13,712 nt of DNA from positions 1 through 13,712 of the forward strand of contig CAYPLO010000030.1 in the NCBI GenBank assembly GCA_964411615.1, given 5' to 3'. This DNA comes from an uncultured Aquificales bacterium (GTDB lineage: Bacteria > Thermosulfidibacterota > Thermosulfidibacteria > Thermosulfidibacterales > Thermosulfidibacteraceae). This document shows positions 7,173 to 13,712 of the stretch, one piece after another (within the stretch, counting starts at the first letter, position 1; each line of letters begins with the position of its first letter). The position numbers were made by a program, and so were the translations under genes. A model generated the notes under the pieces. The model was not told the origin of the DNA and ran no database searches. It worked only from the letters and a program-made list of their open reading frames with translations.

Positions 7173-7986
7173 CATGCTGGAGGCTGAGGAAGGGGCGAGA
7201 AAGGGGTTGTTGAAGGAGGTTATGGACTATTTGAGTAAGGCCCCCGATAGCCTCCCCCCTCCCTACCTATCAAGGGATGTTTACAGAATCATATCCCGAA
7301 GGCTGGGGGTTGAGGACCCGTACAGGGAGAAGAAGAGGGAGTCTAACAGACTTGCCCTGTCAATGCTTCCCCACCTTAAGGAGCTTGTGGAAAAGGCGGA
7401 GGACCCCCTCTTTGAGGCGGTAAGGATTGCCATAGTGGGCAATATAATAGACTTTGGGGTGGCCGAGTCCTTTTCCTTGGAGGAGCTTTCAAGTTTCAGC
7501 AGTATCCCCTTTGCCATAAATCACTATCCCCAGCTTAAGGAGGAGCTACAAGAGGCGAAGACGGTGCTGTACATAGGGGACAATGCGGGTGAGGTGGTCT
7601 TTGACAGGGTTTTGATAGAACTGCTTAACCGTATGGGCAAAAGGGTCTTCTTTGCCGTGAGGAGCGCTCCCATAATAAACGATGCAACCTACGAGGATGC
7701 GGTGGAGGCGGGTATAGACAGGTTCGCCGAGATTGTTGACAGCGGCTCCGACGGTCCCGGCGTTCTCATGGACAGGGTCACAGAGCGGTTCAAGCACCTA
7801 TTCAGGGATGCGGATGTGGTCATCAGCAAGGGGCAGGGGAACTTTGAGACCCTGGAGGATATACCCAGGACCGTATATTTCCTGCTCAGGGCCAAGTGTG
7901 AGGTGGTGGCTGGAATGATAGGGGCCAACGTTGGGGACATGGTCATATACAGGGGAGGGAAGAGTTGCCCTGGCCTCCTCTTGTGA
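7114..7986 (+). CDS. DUF89/ARMT1-like damage-control metal-dependent phosphatase
   Basis: N-terminal CYPCFLRQ, DPY...K..SN, AI.GNIIDFG, DNAGEVVFD, PIINDAT, ISKGQGNFETL and FLLRAKC. ATG at 7114 is chosen from family N-terminus length and AGGAGG at 7098-7103. Confidence 0.93.
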   Translation: MVINSLCYPCFLRQVLSVCSMLEAEEGARKGLLKEVMDYLSKAPDSLPPPYLSRDVYRIISRRLGVEDPYREKKRESNRLALSMLPHLKELVEKAEDPLFEAVRIAIVGNIIDFGVAESFSLEELSSFSSIPFAINHYPQLKEELQEAKTVLYIGDNAGEVVFDRVLIELLNRMGKRVFFAVRSAPIINDATYEDAVEAGIDRFAEIVDSGSDGPGVLMDRVTERFKHLFRDADVVISKGQGNFETLEDIPRTVYFLLRAKCEVVAGMIGANVGDMVIYRGGKSCPGLLL

Positions 7987-9035
7987 TAGGGGAGATTGAG
8001 GTTCCCATCCCTATAATCCAGGGAGGTATGGGTGTTGGCATCTCTTTAAGTGGTCTTGCCTCTGCGGTTAGCAACGCCGGTGGTGTAGGGGTTATAGCCG
8101 CCGCCGCCATAGGGCTTGAGCTGGATGCGGACGGGAAAGTGAATCTGTCCGAGGCGGACGAGGTTGTTCTCAGGAGGGAGATAAGAAGGGCTAAGGAGCT
8201 GGCCCCCGGTAGGCCCATAGGGGTCAACATAATGGTGGCGGTGAACAGGTACGAGGAGAAGGTTAAGGTGGCCCTTGAGGAGGGGGTGGATATAATCATC
8301 TCTGGTGCCGGGCTTCCCCTTACCCTGCCTGAGGTGGCGGAGGGGAAGGATGTGGCCTTGGTTCCCATAGTCTCCTCGGCGAGGGCCGCTGAGGTGATAC
8401 TGAACAGGTGGTGGAAGAGGCATAAAAGGTTGCCGGATGCCTTTGTGCTGGAGGGTCCTCTTGCAGGGGGACACCTTGGCTTTTCAGAGGCTGAGCTTTC
8501 ATCTCCCCCTTCCCTGTTTGAGCTTTTGGATGATTTGCTTCATGTGGTTGCCAAGTGGAGGATTAAGGCGGGTTATCAGATACCGGTGATAGTTGCAGGG
8601 GGCATATACAGGGGATGGGAGGTTAGGGAGGCCCTTGAGAGGGGGGCTTCCGGTGTTCAGATGGCCACCAGGTTCGTTGCAACTGAAGAGTGCGATGCTG
8701 CCCACCCCTTTAAAGAGGCCTACATCAGGGCGAAGAAGGAGGATGTTCTCATAATAAAGAGTCCCGTGGGTATGCCTGCAAGGGCCATAAGGAACTCCTT
8801 TGTTGAGAGGATGTTGAGGGGGGAGACGGTGCCCTTCAGCTGTCCCTACAACTGCCTGAAACCCTGCAATCCCCGAAAGGTCCCGTACTGCATAGCCCAG
8901 GCCCTCATAAGGGCCAAGAGGGGGGATGTGGAGAACGGGCTAATCTTCTGCGGTGCCAGGGTCTACGAGGTGGACGGCATATACACCGTTGGGGAGGTCT
9001 TCAGGCAGCTGGAGGCCGAGTATGCAAAGGTTTAG
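7965..9035 (+). CDS. Nitronate monooxygenase/FabK/FabX-family FMN oxidoreductase with C-terminal Cys cluster
   Basis: PIIQGGMGVGIS, GVNIMVA, SGAGLP, PIVSS.RA, EGPLAGGHLG, VAGGI, GVQMATRF and SPVGMPARA. C-terminal CX3CX3CX7C. TTG start with GGAGG at 7954-7958. Confidence 0.92.
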   Translation: MPWPPLVIGEIEVPIPIIQGGMGVGISLSGLASAVSNAGGVGVIAAAAIGLELDADGKVNLSEADEVVLRREIRRAKELAPGRPIGVNIMVAVNRYEEKVKVALEEGVDIIISGAGLPLTLPEVAEGKDVALVPIVSSARAAEVILNRWWKRHKRLPDAFVLEGPLAGGHLGFSEAELSSPPSLFELLDDLLHVVAKWRIKAGYQIPVIVAGGIYRGWEVREALERGASGVQMATRFVATEECDAAHPFKEAYIRAKKEDVLIIKSPVGMPARAIRNSFVERMLRGETVPFSCPYNCLKPCNPRKVPYCIAQALIRAKRGDVENGLIFCGARVYEVDGIYTVGEVFRQLEAEYAKV

Positions 9036-9954
9036 GTACATCTTCGGTCCTGTGCCATCCAGAAGGCTGGGCCTTTCCCTGGGCGTTGACATGGTGCCCC
9101 ACAAGGTCTGCTCTTACGATTGTGTCTACTGCGAGTGCGGAAGGACCACCAGTAAGACCATGAGGAGGGGCCCTTACATTCCTTACGATGGGGTGATATC
9201 TGAGCTTGAGGAGTTCATCTCTCTTGGGGTTCCCTTCCACTATATCACCTTTTCCGGTTCTGGAGAGCCCACCCTGAATCTGCACATGGGTGAAGTTGCG
9301 AGATGGATAAGGGAGTATGTTGACAGGCCCCTTGCCCTTCTCACCAACTCTTCCCTGTTCATACACCCGGAGGTGAGGAGGGAGGCGTCCCTTTGCCACC
9401 TTGTCCTTCCCTCCCTTGATGCGGTGGATGAAGAGGTTTTTCGCAGGGTGAACAGGCCCTGTGAGGGGTTGAGGGCCAGGGATGTGGTGGAGGCCCTCAG
9501 GCTTTTCAGGAGGGAGTATCCCCATGTCAGGATGGCACTGGAGATACTCTTTGTGAAGGGACTCAACGATACCGACGAGGAGGTCAGGGGCTTGAAGAGC
9601 GCCGTTGAATACATAGAGCCCCACGAGGTTCATCTTAACACCGTTGACAGACCTCCTGCCGATGCGGTGGAGCCTGTGGATGAGGGATTTCTGGAGCAGG
9701 TGAGGGAGTTTTTTGGGGATGGTGCCGTTGTTGTTGGAGCTTCGGGCTACAGGACCAGCCTTGAGCAGGAGAGGCTCATGGATGCTGTGCTTTGCACCAT
9801 CTCCAGGAGGCCCCTGAGGGTGTCGGACATAGCGAGGCTTGTAGGTGAGGATGTTAGGATGGTTGCTAAACTTGTGGATATACTCAAATCCAGGGGCCAG
9901 GTGGAAGAGGTGGTGTTTGAGGGGGAGGTCTTCTTTAAGGGGAGGGTGGCATGA
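9022..9954 (+). CDS. Radical SAM protein (COG0731-like, function unknown)
   Basis: YIFGPVPSRRLGLSLGVD, CSYDCVYC, ITFSGSGEPTL, LLTNSSL, PSLDA and LNTVDRPP. ATG at 9022 with GGAGG at 9011-9015. Confidence 0.92.
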   Translation: MQRFRYIFGPVPSRRLGLSLGVDMVPHKVCSYDCVYCECGRTTSKTMRRGPYIPYDGVISELEEFISLGVPFHYITFSGSGEPTLNLHMGEVARWIREYVDRPLALLTNSSLFIHPEVRREASLCHLVLPSLDAVDEEVFRRVNRPCEGLRARDVVEALRLFRREYPHVRMALEILFVKGLNDTDEEVRGLKSAVEYIEPHEVHLNTVDRPPADAVEPVDEGFLEQVREFFGDGAVVVGASGYRTSLEQERLMDAVLCTISRRPLRVSDIARLVGEDVRMVAKLVDILKSRGQVEEVVFEGEVFFKGRVA

Positions 9955-10526
9955 GGAAGGTGGCGCTTTTGCTCGCCTTTACCTTTGCGTTTCAGTGGGC
10001 GTGGGCAGGAGTCCATAAGAGGGTCCTCATGATTATAGCCCACAGCAACTTCAGGGACGAGGAGCTTTTTGTGACAAAGGGGGTGCTTGAGTCCTGCGGT
10101 GCCTTGGTTGATGTGGTCTCGAATGAGGCCGGTGTTGCTAAAGGGATGCTGGGCAGGACCTACAGGGTTGAGAGGACCTACGATGAGGTGAACTGGGATA
10201 GATACGCAGCCGTTGTCCTTGTAGGGGGAAGTGGGGCCACAGTCTTTTGGAACGACTCAAGGTTGCAGGAGCTTATAAGGTGGGCGTACAACAGGGGCAA
10301 GATTGTTGCCGCCATCTGCCTCTCCCCCATAACCTTGGCCAGGGCGGGGGTGCTTAAGGGTAAGAAGGCCACATGCTGGATGAGTGTGGGAAGCATGCTG
10401 TCCCGCTACGGGGCCATCTACACAGGTGACGATGTGGTGGTATCGGGGAGGGTGGTGACGGCGGCTGGTCCCTTCGCCGCCGATAGATTCGGAAGGGCCA
10501 TCTGCAGGCTCTTAGGTTACAGGTGA
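9951..10526 (+). CDS. DJ-1/PfpI family protein with predicted N-terminal signal peptide
   Basis: F.DEE (conserved Glu), VVLVGGSGA, AAICLSP (nucleophile Cys), LARAGVLKGKKAT and VVTAAGP. Preceded by MRKVALLLAFTFAFQWAWA. GGAGG at 9941-9945. Confidence 0.93.
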   Translation: MRKVALLLAFTFAFQWAWAGVHKRVLMIIAHSNFRDEELFVTKGVLESCGALVDVVSNEAGVAKGMLGRTYRVERTYDEVNWDRYAAVVLVGGSGATVFWNDSRLQELIRWAYNRGKIVAAICLSPITLARAGVLKGKKATCWMSVGSMLSRYGAIYTGDDVVVSGRVVTAAGPFAADRFGRAICRLLGYR

Positions 10527-11908
10527 TATTAGATAAAGTCAGGGGCACCATAGAGAGGTTTTCCCTCATTCATAAGGGGAACAGGGTCCTTGTGGCCGTA
10601 TCCGGTGGGCTGGATTCGGTGGTTCTTCTGGAGGTGCTTTCCCAGCTGAGCTCGGAGCTAAGCATTGAGCTTGCCGTCTGCCACTTCAACCATGGCCTCA
10701 GGGAGACGGCGGAGAGGGACGAGAGGTTTGTTGAATCCCTTGCGGCTTCAAAGGGCCTTCCCTTTTTCTGCGGCAGGGCAGATGTGAAGAAGATTGCGGA
10801 GGAGAGGGGGATGGGGATAGAGGAGGCGGCCAGGGCTGCCAGGTACGGTTATTTTGAGGAGGTGGCCCGGAAGGAGGGTTTTGATAGGGTTGCCCTGGCC
10901 CATACCCTGTCTGACAACGTGGAGACATTCTTTTTAAGGGTGATAAGGGGAGCGGGGCTTGAGGGTCTCAAGGGCATCCCCCCCCGAAGGGGGATTTACG
11001 TGAGGCCCCTTATAGAGGTCTCAAGGGAACAGATTATGGAGTTCGCCAGAGAAAGAGGCTTATCTTACGTTGAGGACGAGACCAACAGGGATACGAGGTA
11101 CCTCAGGAACTGGGTCAGGGTGAGGCTTATACCCCTTCTGAAGGAAGCAAATCCCTCGGTGGAGGAGACGGTTGGAAGGCTCATAGGTTCCCTCAGGGAA
11201 GACTGGGAGCTGTTGAATTTATGCGTTGAGAGCTGGCTTGGGAAGGTGCGTTATACCCCTCTGGAGGAGGGGTTTGAGGTGTGTCTTGATACCCTCATGG
11301 ATTTGCCCCCTGCTGTGGTGAGGCATATTCTTTTCAAACTCCTTCACAGGTATATTTATCCTGGGATGCCGGGTAAGCTGAGCCTATCCCATGTGGAGGC
11401 TTTAATGGCAATGTGTAAGGGAGGTGAGGGCAGTAAAGGGCTCAGCCTTCCCGATGGGGTTGAGGCGGTGAGGGAGTACAACAGGCTCTATGTGAGAAGG
11501 GGCAGGAGTGAGCCCCAGCCTGTTGAGGAGGTGCTCATAACCGCTCCCGGGGTTTACCCCTTCTCCCGCATGCTCTTCGTTGTGAGAAAGGGGGACCTTG
11601 GAAACGTTGTGGCCGATGGCAGATGGAGTGCCTCCTTTGACCCTTCAAAAGTGGATTTCCCTCTGGTGCTAAGGTATAAGAGGCCCGGGGACAGGCTCTT
11701 TATACCGGGTGTGGGACGAAAAAAATTGCAGGACTTCTTTGTGGACTTAAAGGTTCCCCGGAGGCTCAGGGAGAGGATACCCCTTCTCACCACGGTGGAG
11801 GGGGATGTTCTGTGGGTGGTGGGATACAGGCAGAGGGAGGACCTCAAGCCCACAGGTAGGGAGGCCATAATGGTTGAGGTGAGGAAGGATGAGGGTGTTG
11901 CTGACTGA
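10523..11908 (+). CDS. tilS: tRNA(Ile)-lysidine synthetase
   Basis: PP-loop VAVSGGLDS, HFNHGLR, EEAARAARY, AH...D..ET, RPL, DETN and RN..R, plus C-terminal KKLQDFFVDLKVP...R..IPLL. GTGA overlap with the previous stop. Confidence 0.97.
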   Translation: MILDKVRGTIERFSLIHKGNRVLVAVSGGLDSVVLLEVLSQLSSELSIELAVCHFNHGLRETAERDERFVESLAASKGLPFFCGRADVKKIAEERGMGIEEAARAARYGYFEEVARKEGFDRVALAHTLSDNVETFFLRVIRGAGLEGLKGIPPRRGIYVRPLIEVSREQIMEFARERGLSYVEDETNRDTRYLRNWVRVRLIPLLKEANPSVEETVGRLIGSLREDWELLNLCVESWLGKVRYTPLEEGFEVCLDTLMDLPPAVVRHILFKLLHRYIYPGMPGKLSLSHVEALMAMCKGGEGSKGLSLPDGVEAVREYNRLYVRRGRSEPQPVEEVLITAPGVYPFSRMLFVVRKGDLGNVVADGRWSASFDPSKVDFPLVLRYKRPGDRLFIPGVGRKKLQDFFVDLKVPRRLRERIPLLTTVEGDVLWVVGYRQREDLKPTGREAIMVEVRKDEGVAD

Positions 11909-12401
11909 GAGGGAGATTGCCCGTAGGGTGGATGAGCTGGCGGAGGAGCTTTCCGCAAAGTACTCAGGTGAATCTGTGGTTGCCCTGGTGGTTCTTAAAG
12001 GTGCCTTCATCTTTGCTGCAGACCTGCTGAGGAAGATAAGAGGAGTCAGAATCTACTGCGACTTTATAAAGGCATCATCCTACGGAGACTCCACAGAGTC
12101 TTCCGGACAGGTGAGGATAGACCTCTATCCCAAGCTGAACCTTGAGGGAGCCAAGGTGCTCATAGTGGATGACATACTGGATACAGGTATAACCATCTCC
12201 AGCATAAAGAGGTGGGTTGAAGAGCAGGGGGTCTCATCCTGCGAGGTCTGTGTACTTCTGGATAAGCCCGAAAGAAGAAAGGTCCCCTTTGAGGCAGATT
12301 ACGTGGGCTTCACCATACCCAACCACTTTGTGGTGGGCTACGGGATGGACTGTGCCGAGGAGCACAGGTGCCTCCCCTATGTGGCGGTGCTCAACTCCTA
12401 A
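11889..12401 (+). CDS. hpt: Hypoxanthine phosphoribosyltransferase
   Basis: VLKGAFIFAADL, SSYG..T.SSG, PRPP motif VLIVDDILDTGIT, LLDKP.RR and FVVGYGMD. Canonical position after tilS. Confidence 0.97.
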   Translation: MRVLLTEREIARRVDELAEELSAKYSGESVVALVVLKGAFIFAADLLRKIRGVRIYCDFIKASSYGDSTESSGQVRIDLYPKLNLEGAKVLIVDDILDTGITISSIKRWVEEQGVSSCEVCVLLDKPERRKVPFEADYVGFTIPNHFVVGYGMDCAEEHRCLPYVAVLNS

Positions 12402-13177
12402 GGCACGTAACCCAGGTGCTTTGAAATCTCTAATGCCGCTTCCTTAATGGCGGGTATCATCTCCTCTATGCGCTTTTCGTCCATCCTGAAGGATGGGGCC
12501 GTTATGGATATCCCAGCCACCACATACTTGGTGTAGTCCCTTATGGGGGCCCCTATGCACTTGACGTCCTCCTGATACTCCTCATTGTCTATGGAGTATC
12601 CCCTCTCCGCCACCTCCCTGAGATGCTCAAAGAGGGCCTCCTTGTCCGTTATGGTGTTGGGGGTGTATGCCCTGAGCTTCTTCTCCTTGAAGAGCTCCTC
12701 AAGGTCATCTGCCGGAAGGTATGCTAACTGTATCTTGCCTATGGCTGTGGCGTAGGCGGGTATCTGGACCCCCACCCTTGATACCACCCTCACCGTGTGG
12801 GTAGTCTCCACATTGTCTATGTACACGGCGTATATGTCCCTCAGAACCCCTAAGTACACAGTCTCGTTGAACATGTCCCTGAGCTTCTTCATAACTGGCC
12901 TTGCATGTTTTATGAGGCCCATCTGGTACTTGAAGACCAGCCCAAGCTCAAAGACCTTTGGCCCGAGCCTGTAGGCCTCCGTCTTGGGATTCTGTTCTAT
13001 ATAGCCTCTGTATTCCAAGGTTGCCAGTATGCGAAAAACATTGTTCTTATGCAGTCCCAGCTTGTTGGAAAGTTCAGTGACTCCCATCTCTTCCTTTTCA
13101 GTATAGCAGCTGAGCAGAAGCAGGGCATGGTCCACAGCCTTGACCAGCTGTAGCTCCTTCCTCACCGCCTTTCTCAT
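12398..13177 (-). CDS. IclR family transcriptional regulator
   Basis: N-terminal wHTH (GVTELSNKLGLHKNNVFRILATL..RGY), ETVYLGV, PAYATAIGK, T.NTITD, RGYSIDNEE and CIGAPI. RBS GGAGGT on the minus strand (13187-13192). Confidence 0.96.
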   Translation of the reverse strand: MRKAVRKELQLVKAVDHALLLLSCYTEKEEMGVTELSNKLGLHKNNVFRILATLEYRGYIEQNPKTEAYRLGPKVFELGLVFKYQMGLIKHARPVMKKLRDMFNETVYLGVLRDIYAVYIDNVETTHTVRVVSRVGVQIPAYATAIGKIQLAYLPADDLEELFKEKKLRAYTPNTITDKEALFEHLREVAERGYSIDNEEYQEDVKCIGAPIRDYTKYVVAGISITAPSFRMDEKRIEEMIPAIKEAALEISKHLGYVP

Positions 13178-13205
13178 AGCAAAGATACCTCCGTTTTGTT
13201 TGCAG

Positions 13206-13234
13206 AGGATAAAACAAGGTTAATTGAATGTCAA
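13206..13234 (-). promoter_or_regulatory. Sigma70-type promoter of the iclR-family gene
   Basis: Minus strand: perfect TTGACA (13229-13234), 17-nt spacer and TATCCT (13206-13211), upstream of the RBS in an AT-rich intergenic region. Confidence 0.8.
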
Positions 13235-13247
13235 GGAGGAGACTGCC

Positions 13248-13712
13248 CTAAACGGCTATGAGGTTCAGCTTGTGGACCAGCTCCTTGGCCCCTTCCGTGT
13301 AGCTCTTCCCTATAACGGCGGGCAGGCACTTTTTTTTGAGCTCCATGTTTCCGTTGTCCACGTGCTTCACGACCTTCTCTATGATTTTGGCCCTGTCCAC
13401 AGCTCTGAGGATGTCGCCTTTGTCCACCACGTAGGATATCTCCACTGCCAGGAATAGCTCCGTATCCGGTGAGCTTCTCAGCACACCTCTGACGAGAAGG
13501 TCCGTTCTCAGGGCCTCATCCTTCTCCTTCTCCGTTATAACGCCTGCCTCCATGGCGTCGTACAGCCAGTCTGCCAGGTCGCTAAAGTCCACTGCTCTGG
13601 CCTTCCTTAGCACATTACCGAAGTAGGCTCCCACCCTGTGCTGGACCTTAAGCTCCATCATCTCCCCTTTGAGCTCTCCCACATCGTCTTTCAGCATTTT
13701 GACATCCCTCTT
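13248..13712 (-). CDS. Hypothetical protein (5'-truncated by window): heptad coiled coil followed by PD-(D/E)XK-like domain
   Basis: The frame stays open to the window edge (…KRDVKMLKDDVGELKGEMMELK). The motif DLLVRG…LAVEISYVVD..DI.RA..RA resembles restriction-endonuclease-fold hypothetical proteins of thermophiles. Confidence 0.7.
   Translation of the reverse strand, partial: KRDVKMLKDDVGELKGEMMELKVQHRVGAYFGNVLRKARAVDFSDLADWLYDAMEAGVITEKEKDEALRTDLLVRGVLRSSPDTELFLAVEISYVVDKGDILRAVDRAKIIEKVVKHVDNGNMELKKKCLPAVIGKSYTEGAKELVHKLNLIAV

Noticed and set aside
9022..9954. Calling the second radical SAM a wyosine synthase (TYW1/Taw1) because it is near tilS
   Set aside because: It has only family-level similarity, wyosine is not known in bacteria, and I could not identify the TYW1 auxiliary-cluster cysteines.
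12084..12104. Hairpin GGAGACTC-CACA-GAGTCTTCC
   Set aside because: It lies inside the conserved hpt SSYG..T.SSG coding region, has a short bulged stem and no U-tract, so it is not a credible terminator.
1..13712. Selenocysteine recoding or frameshifted pseudogenes among the Cys-rich genes
   Set aside because: All recognised proteins appear full length with Cys motifs intact, and the TGA stops fall at expected family C-termini.
1..13712. tRNA, rRNA, riboswitch, CRISPR array, IS element or integrase
   Set aside because: The largest intergenic gaps are about 70 nt. I saw no regularly spaced repeats, cloverleafs, terminal inverted repeats or transposase/integrase motifs.

Overview
A 13.7-kb, almost fully coding window from a bacterium (it has tilS rather than archaeal tiaS). 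It is probably an anaerobic thermophile, inferred from AGG/ATA-rich codons, E/K/R-rich proteins and many Fe-S proteins. I find 17 likely genes in four blocks. (1) A + strand Fe-S module: a Mrp/NBP35 ATPase with an Nbp35-like Cys-rich N-terminus, a DUF1847 Cys-rich protein, and a 2[4Fe-4S] ferredoxin with a Gly/Arg tail. (2) Two - strand genes: a double-cubane-cluster (DCCP/HgdB-like) reductase with no activator ATPase beside it, and an ArnT-like membrane glycosyltransferase. (3) A ten-gene, almost gap-free + strand run: phasin-like protein, hisB, hisH, HhH-containing radical SAM (TIGR03916-like), DUF89/ARMT1-like phosphatase, FabX/nitronate-monooxygenase-like flavo-Fe-S enzyme, a second radical SAM, a DJ-1/PfpI protein with a signal peptide, tilS and hpt. 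(4) A convergent IclR regulator with a clear sigma70 promoter, and the 3' part of a coiled-coil/PD-(D/E)XK-like hypothetical gene. I saw no RNA genes, CRISPR arrays or mobile elements. The best leads are the Mrp-DUF1847-ferredoxin/orphan DCCP locus, the apparently exported DJ-1, a dual-coded overlap between the radical SAM C-terminus and the DUF89 CxxC, and a four-tier G-quadruplex motif at a terminator-less convergent junction. All family calls come from motif recognition by eye, with no database search.
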